Source of the DNA: Octopus vulgaris
Taxonomy: Eukaryota
Direction of reading: 5' to 3'
Length of the DNA stretch: 64,000 nucleotides
Assembly (NCBI GenBank): GCA_951406725.2
Contig: OX597828.1
Location: forward strand, 28,148,001 to 28,212,000
A program made the position numbers and the translations under genes. The notes under the pieces were generated by a model. That model was given only the letters and a program-made list of their open reading frames with translations, did no database searches and was not told the DNA's origin. This document shows positions 12,302 through 24,138 of the stretch, piece after piece; the first letter of the stretch is position 1, and each line of letters starts with the position of its first letter.

Positions 12302-12502
12302 GTAATAATAATAATAGCATCAAAAAATACTTCAGGAATGAGAACCCGGGTTCGAAATTTCCCCAAAACACCTGATGAAGGCTGGAGGGTATATCAGCTG
12401 AAACATTGTGTTAATAACAAACAAGATGAGGACAAATATCCATCAATTGTAAATAATGTAAATAACGTACATAATTCCTCATCTTTTAAATATAGAACTG
12501 TA
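12184..12502 (+). mobile_element. tRNA-headed element with (AAT)n linker, hammerhead motif and 5' fold-back
   Basis: Head tagtggttaagagc (A box), gggCTACTAAccc (anticodon-arm-like), aattcgattcc (B-box-like), then (AAT)n and the hammerhead at 12367-12412. 12184-12204 is the exact reverse complement of 12221-12241. Confidence 0.7.
12367..12412 (+). ncRNA. Type I minimal hammerhead ribozyme motif (CpG-decayed)
   Basis: aacac CTGATGA a ggctg-gagggtatat-cagct GAAAC aTT gtgtt. Stem I (5 bp) is perfect and stem II is 5 bp. ATT is a probable CpG decay of GTT (ancestral palindrome AACGTT). Confidence 0.7.
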
Positions 12503-13841
12503 CTGTTTGAATTGAAAAGGGTTTACAAAGTCATAGACAGAAATCCTATGATTTTTATATTCAAGTAAGCCTATGTGATCTCTTTGCTTCAGTCAATACA
12601 ATTATATTCCTTGTATTATAAAGCTTGCTGTCGTAATAAAGGCGAAGAATTTATGATTTAAAATTTATGTCACTGGTTCTATTGGGTGGAATTCATCCAT
12701 CCAAAGAAATTACAAATTATGCAAATTTAAAATCTACAATGAAGGAATAATTTTTTTTCATATATTTTATATAATTTTGTTTTTATCTTGTTCTTTTCCT
12801 CCATTTGCTTTCTTAACTTTTCCAGTTTCAAACACAGGAGAGTGAAAGTGAAAATAGAAAGTTGTATAAGGATAGTGAATCTATAAATTTCTAATTACAA
12901 TTTTCTTTAATGACAAATTTCTTAATATTTCTTAATATTAATGATAAAAGTTGTCAACTTACTCTTTTAGTTCTATTAAATCATTCTTCTCTTTAATAAT
13001 CCACCTACCCACCCACCCTCCCTCTTAATTCCCTTTCATGGATTATTTGAATTTTATGCTGCCTTTCACTTTCTTATTAGCTTTGTCTTTGATTCAGTTA
13101 ATTAAAATTCTTAACCTCTTATAATTGATGTAGTTGACATGTAATTATTAAACTGTTTTCTGTTTGAAAATAAAATAAAATAAAATAAAATAAAAAGAAA
13201 AGAAAAAAGGTTAATGTTCACTTTGGAATTATCTTTAAATTGTCCATTTTTATTCCATGTACCATTCTATGTTTTATATCAAAATGTTCCTTGTTGACAG
13301 CTCTGCAGTTTGTCTTATTATGTTATTAACTACAATAACCAAAGAAGAATTAATAGAATGTACAAAATTAAATTTCAGATGAGCAAAGGGGAAATTAATA
13401 GTAATAGTATATGGAGAGGAAGAGAAAGTTTAATGTCACGCCAAAGATCACAGGCAGCACCCGATGCTCAGACTGTCTCCCAAGACGATGGTTATGATGG
13501 TTTCTTAACTGTTATCTAATATCTTACTCAACTAGATAAGCGTGCCATTATAAATATAAGGATATAAGTGGGAATGGCATCTTAAAACATGTGGCTTTCT
13601 TTGGATCATAAGAAAGTTTTATGTATATTATGCATCACACAGAAAGTTATGACTTGAGAGACCCATGATGTCAGAAGTTAAATTGATAAATAACAATAGA
13701 TTTCACGACTGAATTCTCTGTTGTTCAGTGGGACACTGGTTATGCTTTTTGACAGAAATCATATAGGATTCTAATATCTGCTATTTTGACTGGTTAACAT
13801 TTTAGTTCAAGACTTCACACTTATTTCCCAGTCATTTTAAA

Positions 13842-14160
13842 AGGCACAAGTGTGAAAGTGTAGGTAAGAATCTGGCTTTGTAACCATGTGGTTTGGGGTT
13901 CAATCTCACTGTGCAGTACCTTGGGCAAGTGCCTTCTTCTACAGTCTCAAGTTGACCAAAGCTTTGTGAGTGGATTTGGTAAACAAAAGCTGTATGGAAG
14001 ACCATCAGACATTTATAAATATATATTTGTGTGTCCCCTTGACTTGATGAAAGGTAAAGTTGACTCTAGTGGAGTTTGAACTCAGAATGTAAAGATAAAC
14101 GAACGACTGCTAAGCATTTTGTCTAGCATGCTAACGACTCTGCCAGCTTCTTGCCTTAAT
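13842..14160. mobile_element. Diverged family A SINE 5' half (+) followed by family B 5' half (-)
   Basis: ccttgggcaagtgccttc...gtgagtggatttggtaaac (family A), then aaaggtaaagttgac...gaactcagaatg...tctgccagct (family B, reversed). Confidence 0.65.
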
Positions 14161-14851
14161 CATTGTCGTCATATTGTCATCCATAATTAATCATTATGCA
14201 TATATCATTATGCTTTAATATCCATTTCTCTGTACTTGCATAGGCAGCAATTGTTACGGAGCTTATCTCTCCTCATTCTGTTTATTACCCTTGCTTTCTC
14301 TCTCTCTTTCTCCTTCTCTCTCTCTCTCTCGCTCCCTCTTTCTATTCACATACACACATGCTGACTTGCAAACAAAAATTTGCAAGCAATTTAACTGGAT
14401 TAACAACTTGATAGCAATTAAATTTAATATCTTTATTTAAGAGCAGAGTAGTCTTTACACTAAAATTGGTGTTCTTTTTTTTATCCTCCTAACTGTTGCC
14501 TAGGATACCGAAATGACATAGAACAACGTTTCTCCTGGTCCCAGATTAAAGCTTTTTGTTGTTGTTGTTATTATTTTACATTGGGGCTGGAGGAAAATTT
14601 GCACGGAAAAAATAACAAACAAATAAGGCAAAATATTTATTATATATAAATAAAAAAAAAAATTCTGACTAGATATACCTAGAGATAATTAGTTTTCGTT
14701 CAGAATCAGGGCTACATAAAAGATCGCAGCAGTGTAACTGAAGCTCTTTGAGATATTTCAGTTTTTATTTGATTCCAAATAGCCATCTCTGGAAAAGTAG
14801 AATAATTTTCCTTCATTTACTAAAGATGAAAATTCTGGTTAACATTTTCTT

Positions 14852-14884
<33 letters not shown>

Positions 14885-15011
14885 TCCCCCTCTCTCTCTT
14901 TCCCTCTCTCTCTTTCTCTCTCTGTATACACATTCATGTGTAAACAAACACACGCACATACATGTAAATATATTTGTGTGTATATATGTCATGTGTGTTT
15001 ATGTGTGTGTG

Positions 15012-15043
<32 letters not shown>

Positions 15044-15731
15044 TATAAATAGACAGACAGATGTATCTCTCTTTCTCTCTATATATATACACACACACAT
15101 ATATATATATTTGTATGTGTATATATATGTGTGTGAATGAGTGATGCACCAGTCATTAATTTACTTTCACTATATATATGTGTTTGTAAATTATATTTGA
15201 AGTTATGTTTTCTGTTTGACATTTTATAATTCGTTAAAAGCTACATTTTAGTAACACTCTGCTACAGTCATCATCATAACCCAATTTACTGGTGGTCATC
15301 TAATTAATACACAAGATGTTTTTACCTCCCTAAGCACTCACTGGGCCAGAACTACCTGTCATCTTTTGAATTGCTAATTGCTAATTCAGTTTGTGTCACT
15401 TAATTTTGAGGACAATAGAAATGTTTCATGTAAGTATAAGTTTAAGTATGTAGTTATATATACCATATATTACCACGTGTGTGGCTACATGTATATGTAT
15501 GTATGTATGTAGCATGGACCTTCAAAACTTCTGGGTTGGTGTCTGGCATGCTGGAAGACCACCAGGAGTGAGGCACCCCTCGGCTTTTGTAAAGCATGTC
15601 TATATGAGAAGGTCACTTTCATATGAAACCAGATATGCAGGGAATGGCATTGAGCATTTTGGGGATGTCTTGCTTGCACTTGAGATTATGGTGCTGCCAC
15701 ATTCATGAGCCTGTGACTCTTATTGACTCTG

Positions 15732-15965
15732 TGGAGGCACGTGGCTTAGTGGTTAGGGTGTTGGACTCATGAACATGAGATTGTGGTTTTGATTCCTGAA
15801 CTCTTCTTGAGTAAAACACTTCATTCTATGTTGCTGCAGTCCACTCAGCTGGCAAAAAGGTGTGACCCTGTGATGGCCCGGTCTCCCGTTAAGGTGGGGA
15901 ATATATACACCAGGAAACTGGTCCTTATGAGTTGGTAGGACTCAAGAATGCAACCTTACCTTTAC
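15732..15965 (+). mobile_element. Family C SINE
   Basis: gtggcttagtggttagggtgttggactcatga head, ttgagtaaaacacttc core, accttacctttacc tail. Confidence 0.65.
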
Positions 15966-16304
15966 CAATATTGGCACTGGATATCTTTTGCTCTGGTTTG
16001 TCTCTGGATCATTTCACTGACTGGAGAAGGTCTGTGAGGTATTGTGAAAGCCTTATTGGGCCTAAAATTTTAAGTTGCACAATTGCTGGTAAGGTGACAT
16101 TCCAATTCCCTGTCGAGTAGGAGGGTGTCACAATGAGCATGGAACTCACATCACAAGTCCAGGTGTAGCTGACCACAGCTGCTATAACCATATGCATAGG
16201 CATTGCTGACATTTTGCATGGGCAATGGTCAGTTATGGGTTTTTTTGGCCACATGTGGACAGCCATCAACTATGTATATGTACGTAAGTGTGAATGCATG
16301 CATC

Positions 16305-16550
16305 CATCTATTCTGTTTGGAACAGTGAATCTGGAAGCACATAAAGCTATAAATAATAGCATGTAAATATTGGGATAAAAACCATTTTTGACTGTAAAAG
16401 TTGAAGGCTGCTGAGGGGATACGTACCCACATCTCCCAGGGATGTGACAGGCATTCCACCGCTGATCGACGTCCCAAAAGGTTTTTCAATCAGATATTTA
16501 CACATAGTTATTTATAGCTTTGTGCTTCAAGATCCCCTTTTCCAAAGAGG
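16305..16550 (-). mobile_element. tRNA-derived element with inverted duplication of its tail
   Basis: The minus-strand tRNA-like segment cagcggtggaatgcctgtcacatccctgggagatgtgggtacgtatccc is flanked by about 70-bp imperfect inverted arms (16311-16383 and 16480-16550). A plain homologous copy lies at 52585-52745 (+). Confidence 0.55.
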
Positions 16551-16603
16551 ACTTGTTTCATGTTCTTTCACAAGTTTATAAAGATTCTTGATCTTGTGAC
16601 ACA

Positions 16604-16641
<38 letters not shown>

Positions 16642-16643
<2 letters not shown>

Positions 16644-16859
16644 TTCAATATGTGACCTCGTGAGTACCGCTGGCGATTTTTTTCCTCTGTCTTCCCTTCT
16701 CGGGATCTTTCCTTCTCTTATGTTTCTGACGAATAGCTCCGCTCAAAACGTTAAACCCTCCTTCTTCCCGTCTTTCCTGAACGTCCAATAATACTTTATT
16801 TGTTCCACGTCCTCGCGTTGTTGTGTTTTTTGTTTTTTTTTGTGTTTTCTTGTTTGGAT

Positions 16860-16863
<4 letters not shown>
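16642..16863 (+). mobile_element. Short hammerhead-bearing element (family H2) flanked by (TA)n on both sides
   Basis: 16722-16756: gttt CTGACGA a tagc-tcc-gctc aAAAC GTT aaac. Stem I gttt/aaac, palindromic AACGTT stem III, and G12 mutated to A at a CpG. Confidence 0.65.
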
Positions 16864-16890
<27 letters not shown>

Positions 16891-16894
16891 CATC

Positions 16895-17105
16895 ATTTCA
16901 TCATCATCATCATCATTTCATTTAGCGTCCGTTTTCCATGCTAGCATGGGTTGGACGGTTCTACTGGGGTCTGTGAAGCCAGAAGGCTTCATCAGGCCCA
17001 GTCAAATCTGGCAGTGTTTCTACGGCTGGATGCCCTTCCTAACGCCAACCACTCCGTGAGTGTAGTGGGTGCTTTTTACGTGCCACCCGCACTGGTGCCA
17101 GACAG
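16895..17105 (-). mobile_element. Family R RTE 3'UTR-like fragment
   Basis: (CAT)n plus the reverse-complement family R body with one repeat unit. Confidence 0.75.
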
Positions 17106-17737
17106 ATATATATATATATATCAGTTATCTCAGAATCCATCAATTAGAGCAAACAGGTGCTCATACATTTATAGTATACAGATAGGTGTTATTAATGCAT
17201 CTTAGGGGCTGATAGGGAAAGTATGTAATCACTGCAAAGGCCACAAACACACCACCTTCCTCCAAAGCAAACCATTAAAATAAAGAAACAAACAAACAAA
17301 CAAGGGGCTATCAGAATCTCAACAAAAATACCTGTAACATTTTTTCAGTGCTCATACTATTGTTGTTCAAGCCCCAGGCTTATCTTGATGGAGCAGACCT
17401 ATCACCAAAAGCATCCAGGTCTTCACCATTTCCATCTTTTTTACTGGGGTGCTGGGCATCTATGACCACATTATCCATTGTCCAAGTTTGGCTGCTGTTT
17501 TTAGCAGGTCATAAAGCGGCATAGGGGATCCTTCCCTTGTCTTGTCTACCTTCATATGTTTAATTGCCTTGCTGCTATTCTCTTTCCTTTTCACTAATTG
17601 CTCCTAATAGTTCCTTTGTTTATTCATCAAAGCTTGGATTTCACTATATTATTCGTATGCAACAGACTCTCGCTATCTCTTCCATTATTATTTATTTTTT
17701 TTCCTTCTTCTCATTACTACTGGGAATGAGATTACCC

Positions 17738-18157
17738 TCTTTTACTCTTTACTCTTTACTCTTTTACTTGTTTCAGTCATTTGACTGAGGCCATGCTGGA
17801 GCACCGCTTTTAGTCGAGCAAATCGACCCCGGGACTTATTCTTTGTAAGCCCAGTACTTATTTTATTGGTCTCTTTTGCCGAACCGCTAATTTACGGGGG
17901 ACGTACACACACCAGCATCGGTTGTCAAGCAATGCTAGGGGGACAAACACAGACACACAAACACACACACATACATATATATATACATATATACGACAGG
18001 CTTCTTTCAGTTTCCGTCTACCAAATCCACTCACAAGGCATTGGTTGGCCCGGGGCTATAGCAGAAGACACTTGCCCAAGATGCCACGCAGTGGGACTGA
18101 ACCCGGAACCATGTGGTTGGTTAGCAAGATACTTACCACACAGTCACTCCCGCGCCT
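17738..18157 (-). mobile_element. Family A SINE, full length
   Basis: Complete head to (agtaaag)n tail, highly similar to 19398-19808 and 43862-44267. Confidence 0.9.
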
Positions 18158-18262
18158 TTCATTTCAAATACATTTCTGTGGGGAAACAACCGGAGTTGTA
18201 TATAGAAATTCTTATATAATTGCACTCTTGTCAGACTGCCAATGTGTTCGATTAATTTTCAC

Positions 18263-18417
18263 AACTGTGTAGTAAGAAGTTGTCTTGCTATACACATGAT
18301 TGCAGGTTCAGTCCCACTGCATGACACACTGAGCAAGTGTCTTCTCCTATCGCCTTGGGCTGACCAAAGCCTTGTAAACGAATTTGGTAAGCAGAAACTG
18401 AAGAAGCCTATCATGTA

Positions 18418-18456
<39 letters not shown>

Positions 18457-18646
18457 ACATATATATGTGTGTGTATCTTCATGTCAATGTTTGACCCCCA
18501 CCACTACTTGACAGCTGGTGTTGGTATGTTTCTGTCACTGTAACATAGCAGTTTGGCAAAAGAGACTGACAGAATAAGTAATGGCTTTAACAAAAAATCT
18601 AAGTACTACAAATTCTTCAAGGTCATACTCCAGCATGGCCACAGTG
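18263..18646 (+). mobile_element. Family A SINE, diverged (another 5' half follows at 18655-18810)
   Basis: ctgtgtagtaagaag...ggttcagtcccactgc...ccagcatggccacagt. Confidence 0.8.
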
Positions 18647-18879
18647 GACAGGTTCAGGCAAAGCTATGTGATTGACAGACTTGCTTCCCAAACATGAGGC
18701 ATCAGTTCAGTCCTTCTGAGCAGCACTTTGGGCAAATGTCTTCCTATAACCCTAGGCTGACTAAAGCCTTGTGAATGGATTTGTATATGGAAACCGAAAG
18801 AAGCATGTTTGTATTTTGTGTGTGTGTGTGTATGTATTCATGTATATATGCATGTGTTTGTGTATGCCATTCTCTCAAT

Positions 18880-19395
18880 ATATATAACTAACTATATGAA
18901 CTATACTGGAAATGCAAGGTAATATGACGGATTTTAAGTATGAATATTATGGATTATTGCAGTAGAATAACCAAGGAAATATATATGGATTTAAAGACTC
19001 TCATCAAAAGTAGTAATTTTTAATTTTTATTTTACATTTCAAACAAACACCATTTTACAATTTTACTTCAAATTTAAAAAAAAAACTAATGATTTGATAT
19101 ATTATTCAATATTCATATTTTATATCTCTGAAGAGCAGAAGAGTTGTCTATAAATGCTTATCAATATAGGATTTCATTATAGGGACAACTCTTCTGCGAA
19201 ACGATCGTAAGATGCTTAAATAATTAATTCAAAACTTTTAAACTATCAAATTTATTTTATACATTATATTTTTATATTTATTTATTTATTTATATATATT
19301 TTTAATACAATAAGTTCTTTCACACGGGTATATCTTTATGATGAGTTTGGATATCAATTTCCTTATATTAATAATGATAATATATTATTAAAAAG
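18880..19395 (+). mobile_element. AT-rich Penelope-like or retrozyme-like element carrying an intact hammerhead
   Basis: Single-copy AT-rich block in this window, starting at a (TA) tract and hosting the canonical hammerhead at 19123-19214. Boundaries are approximate. Confidence 0.5.
19123..19214 (+). ncRNA. Canonical type I hammerhead ribozyme
   Basis: (t)atct CTGAAGA gcagaagagttgtc-[35 nt]-gacaactcttctgc GAAAC gatc GTA agat(g). All core nucleotides are present, stem II is a perfect 14 bp closed by G-C, stem III is the palindrome ACGATCGT, and stem I is 4 bp plus G.U. Predicted cleavage after 19209. Confidence 0.9.
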
Positions 19396-19397
19396 TA

Positions 19398-19808
19398 TAC
19401 TCTTTTACTCTTTACTCTTTTACTTGTTTCAGTCATTTGACTGCGGCCATGCTGGAGCACCACCTTTAATTGAGCAACTCGACCCCGGGACTTATTCTTT
19501 TGTAAGCCCAGTACTTATTCTATCGGTCTCTTTTGCCGAACCACTAAGTAACGGGGGACATAAACACACCAGCATCAGTTGTCAAGCAATGCTAGGGGAC
19601 AAACACAGACACACAAACACATATATATATATATACATATATACGACGGGCTTCTTTCAGTTTCCCTCTACCAAATCCACTCACAAGGCTTTGGTCGGCC
19701 CGAGGCTATAGCAGAAGACACTTGCCCAAGGTGCCACGCAGTGGGACTGAACCCGGAACCATGTGGTTGGTAAACAAGCTACTTACCACACAGCCACTCC
19801 TGCACCTG
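19398..19808 (-). mobile_element. Family A SINE, full length
   Basis: Same head, body and tail as 17738-18157. Confidence 0.9.
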
Positions 19809-19927
19809 TATATGTGTACATTCTCTCAATATCATGTAATCATCATCATCATCATCATCCGTTCTCCTTGCTGGCATAGGTTGGATGGTTTGACCATTAT
19901 TGAAAAACTAGAGGGAGCTGCACCAGG

Positions 19928-19978
<51 letters not shown>

Positions 19979-20517
19979 AGAATGCCCTTCTTTGGACATC
20001 TTGTAATGATTGTAAATGAGATTATCATTGTCATACAAGCAGAGTGGTTCTTTTCCACATTGGTTTCTTTTTAAGTTGTAATAAAAACGATTTTACATTG
20101 CTCAGTACACTTGTTAAAGTACAAACTTATTATTCGTTAGCAACAAAACTATTGGCAGTAACTACAATGCCTTTAGCTCCAATTATGGTTTAACTGTCTC
20201 AAGCTTCGAAGTCACTGTCAGCAGTATTCTCATTAAAGTATAATACATATCTAAATGCATATTGAACTATGACTTAATATTCCTTTATCTATGGCAGCAT
20301 TAGTTCTGTTGTTTACAATGGGGGGGGGAGGTAATTTGACTGCATCTAAAGCAAAAACAAACAAAAAAAATCTTACTGCTGCTGATAAAATTATGAAAGA
20401 AGCAGTTAATATTTTTAGGCAACTTCCTAATCTGATTGGCTGAATGCCGGTACCGTTTGCTTTTCCTTTCTATTGTTCATTTATTTATTTAGCTATTCAT
20501 TTATTATTATTATTATT

Positions 20518-20564
<47 letters not shown>

Positions 20565-20574
20565 TTCCAGCAGC

Positions 20575-21221
20575 ATTTAAGTCTGATAGAATCATTGGCA
20601 TGTCAGACAAAAATGCTTTGTGACATTTTCTCCCAGCTTTACATTCTGAGTTCAAATTCCGCTGAGGTCAACTCTGCTTTTCATCCTTTTGGGGTGGGGT
20701 GTTCAGTAAATTAAGTACCAGTTATGTACTGAGATCAATGTGATTGATTAGTCCCTCCCCAAAATTTCAGGCCTTGTGCCTTTAGTTGAAAGGATTATTA
20801 TTATTATGACAGATAAAACAAAATGCTTTGTAATATTTATTCAGTTATGGTCCTTTACTTTCTGAGTTCAAATCCTGCCAAGGTCAACTTTGCCTTTCAT
20901 CTCTTCAGCATCAATAAGACAGAGTAACAGTCAAGTACTAAGGTCAGAGCGGGTGATTATATTGACCAACACCCCTGCCCTAAATTTCAGGCTTTGTGCT
21001 TACACTAGAAGCAATTATTAGCGGATGGTCAACTTGTAGAATCACTGGAGCATTGGTAAAAATGCCTTATGACATTCATTTTGGTCTTTACATTCTGAGT
21101 TCAAATCCTGCCTGGATCAACTTTATCTTTCATTGTTTCAGGGCTAAGAAAATAAAGTACCAGTCACATATTGAGGGTCCAATGGTATTGACTCCCATCT
21201 TCCCTTCAAAATTACCAGCTA

Positions 21222-21225
<4 letters not shown>
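20575..21225 (+). mobile_element. Three diverged head-to-tail family B SINE copies
   Basis: The ttctgagttcaaat B box followed by the ctttcatc...aagtaccag core recurs at about 20645, 20860 and 21092, separated by short (ATT)n. Confidence 0.75.
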
Positions 21226-21270
<45 letters not shown>

Positions 21271-21279
21271 TATTATTAA

Positions 21280-22179
21280 GGGGGTGAGCTGGCAGAATCA
21301 TTAGCACACCAGGCGAAATGCTGAGCAGTATTTCGCTTGTCTTTATGTTCTGAGTTCAAATTCTGCCAAGGTTAACTTTACCTTTCATCCTTTCGGGGTT
21401 AATAAATTAAGTACCAGTCAAGTACTGGGGGTCAATGTGATTGACTTACCCCCTCCCCCCCCCAAATTATGGTAAAAAGGATTGAGGTACTTGTGAAGAC
21501 CCGTTGAGGCAAGTGAGGATCAGAATGGAAATCGATCAATGGAAATTGCAGATGTGTTACCAGTGCCGGTGGCATGTAAGAGAACCTTCCGTTTCACGAC
21601 CGTTGCCAGCACCGCCCCGTTTCGTGTCCGTTGCCAGCCTCGCCTGGCCCTTGTGCCGGTGGCACATAAAAAGCACCATCCGTTCGTGGCCGTTTGCCAG
21701 CTCTGTCTGGCACCTGTGCGGGTGGCACGTAAAAAGCACCCACTACACTCACGGAGTGGTTGGCGTTAGGAAGGGCATCCAGCCGTAGAAACACTGCCAG
21801 ATTTGACTGGGCCTGATGAAGCCTTCTGGCTTCACAGACCCCAGTAGAACCGTCCAACCCATGCTAGCATGGAAAACGGACGCTAAACGACGATGATGAT
21901 GATGATGATGATTATTATTATTATTATTATCATTATTATCATTATTATTATCATTATTATTATTATTATTAAGGTGGTGAGCTGGCAGAATCATTAATTA
22001 GCACACCAGGCAAAATGCTGAGCAGTATTTCGCTTGTCTTTACGTTCTGAGTTCAAATTCTGCCACGATTAACTTTACCTTTCATCCTTTCGGGGTTAAT
22101 AAATTAAGTACCAGTCAAGTACTGGGGGTCAATGTGATTGACTTACCCCCTCCCCCCAAAAAAATTATGGTAAAAAGGA

Positions 22180-22220
<41 letters not shown>

Positions 22221-22376
22221 TGTTGTTGTTTCTTTATGTTCTGAGTTCAAATTCTGCCAAGGTTAACTTTACCTTTCATCCTTTCGGGGTTAATAAATTA
22301 AGTACCAGTCAAGTACTGGGGGTCAATGTGATTGACTTACCCCCTCCCCCCCAAAAAAATTATGGTAAAAAGGATT
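21280..22376 (+). repeat. Local triplication of a family B SINE plus (ATT)n unit
   Basis: Near-identical copies at 21280-21483, 21970-22180 and 22232-22376 share the private ending aattatggtaaaaaggat. Confidence 0.85.
21484..21910 (+). mobile_element. Family R RTE 3'UTR-like fragment with three repeat units
   Basis: Longer copy with the 5' segment cttgtgaagacccgttgaggcaag and a (GAT)n tail. Confidence 0.8.
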
Positions 22377-22377
22377 A

Positions 22378-22421
<44 letters not shown>

Positions 22422-23556
22422 TGTTGTTGTTGTATCTAATTGGTTATATTTTAGAATATCCATCTATAACTGGCATAAAAAAGCTATATAAATATTTCCT
22501 TCATTCATTGTACTCAGCTCCACTAATTCCCAGTTCTCTTTTATATACACACTTTCTGTAGAACTCTGGAACTGCACAGAAGATAACTCTTAACTAAACT
22601 GAATTGCTGGCAAAAGGCAGCAAGGCATAATTGGATCTCAAATATACCCAGTTGTAGTAGAATATTTAAGAATGGCAATGGCGGCGATGGTGGTGGTGGT
22701 GGGGCAGTAATGGTGGCGGCAATGGTTGGTGGTGGTGGTGGTGGTGGTGGTGGTTAGGAAAAAAAAAACATTAAATTATAACTCTTTTTATCTCTGTACT
22801 TCCAGTCAACTGTGCAAACATCCACATGGCCTCTCTTCTCTTATCTCACATTAAGTGGAGAAATTACTGTTTTTATAATACATCTCTTTATTTATGGAAG
22901 GATACGAGAAGCAAAAAAGATTTATTAAAGATTGGATGGAAAGAAGGGAGATGACATGAGAGATTTTTTTTGCTTATTATATATATATATATATATATAT
23001 ATTTGTGTGTGTATGTGTGTAGGTATATGTATGTGTGTATATATATATATATACACACACACACTCATATGTGTGTGTGTAGTTATATTTATGTTTGTGT
23101 ATGTATATATATACACACGCATGCATATATATATATATATATATATGTATGTATATGTATGTATATATATTGCATGTAAATATATATTTCTTCAAAACAC
23201 TTTTTCTATCTCTTTCTCATTACATTTTTCAGTTTTCATCTCTCTTTCCTCCTTTATTTCTTTCTCTCTCAAACACACACAACCTCACTCTTTCTCTCAC
23301 ACACAATCTCACGCACACAAACACACACTCACACACCATTAGATATACAGTCGACTGAAATACATAAATACATATATTTACAATTGGGATTAAAATCTAT
23401 TTAGGTTAAAGAGATAGAGCTAGACCTATTTTCCTTAATGTTTTAAGAGTCCATCCATAGTTCCATCATAACATCTTTTCCATAACTGTTTAATAAAGAT
23501 CAACATATCTGAATGCATAGAAGTATGTGTGTGTTTACATACACACACACACATGC

Positions 23557-23661
<105 letters not shown>

Positions 23662-23941
23662 GATAAATACTTATGATATCTCATGGTTGCCTTTTTCTGT
23701 GTTTAACTGAAAGGATGTATGAATGCCCTTTCTTTTGCCAGCCTTCACCTGTTTCCCAGCAAGCCAATATTTCCCCCATGGTCATATATATTTACATGGG
23801 AGATTGTGAATGAATGAACACTGCTTGTATGACGGTGGCACTTGTTTACAACTATCATATGTCAAAACAAGGAGACATGAGCACGCACACACAAATATAT
23901 ACTTATGACTAAATGTATGTGTTTGTGAGTGTTTATATACA

Positions 23942-24095
23942 GAATAGTCTCTCAGTTTCTACCTGCTAAATCCATTCACAAGACTCTGGTTACCCCGGGG
24001 CTATAGTGGAAAACACTTGTCCAAGGTGCCACATGGTAGGTTTCAACTCCAAACTCTGTGTTCAAGAAACAAACTTCTTAACCATACAGCTATGC

Positions 24096-24098
<3 letters not shown>
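23942..24098 (-). mobile_element. Family A SINE 5' half, diverged
   Basis: cagtttctacc...cacttgtccaaggtgccac...cttcttaaccatacagc. Confidence 0.65.
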
Positions 24099-24132
<34 letters not shown>

Positions 24133-24138
24133 TGTGTG

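Noticed and set aside
13310-13540. Short ORF or possible exon or miRNA
   Set aside because: No convincing splice pair, known mature miRNA sequence or stable hairpin identified by eye.
15965-16265. Higher-GC block with 62-86 aa ORFs
   Set aside because: No recognisable motif or splice signals; probably an unclassified old repeat.
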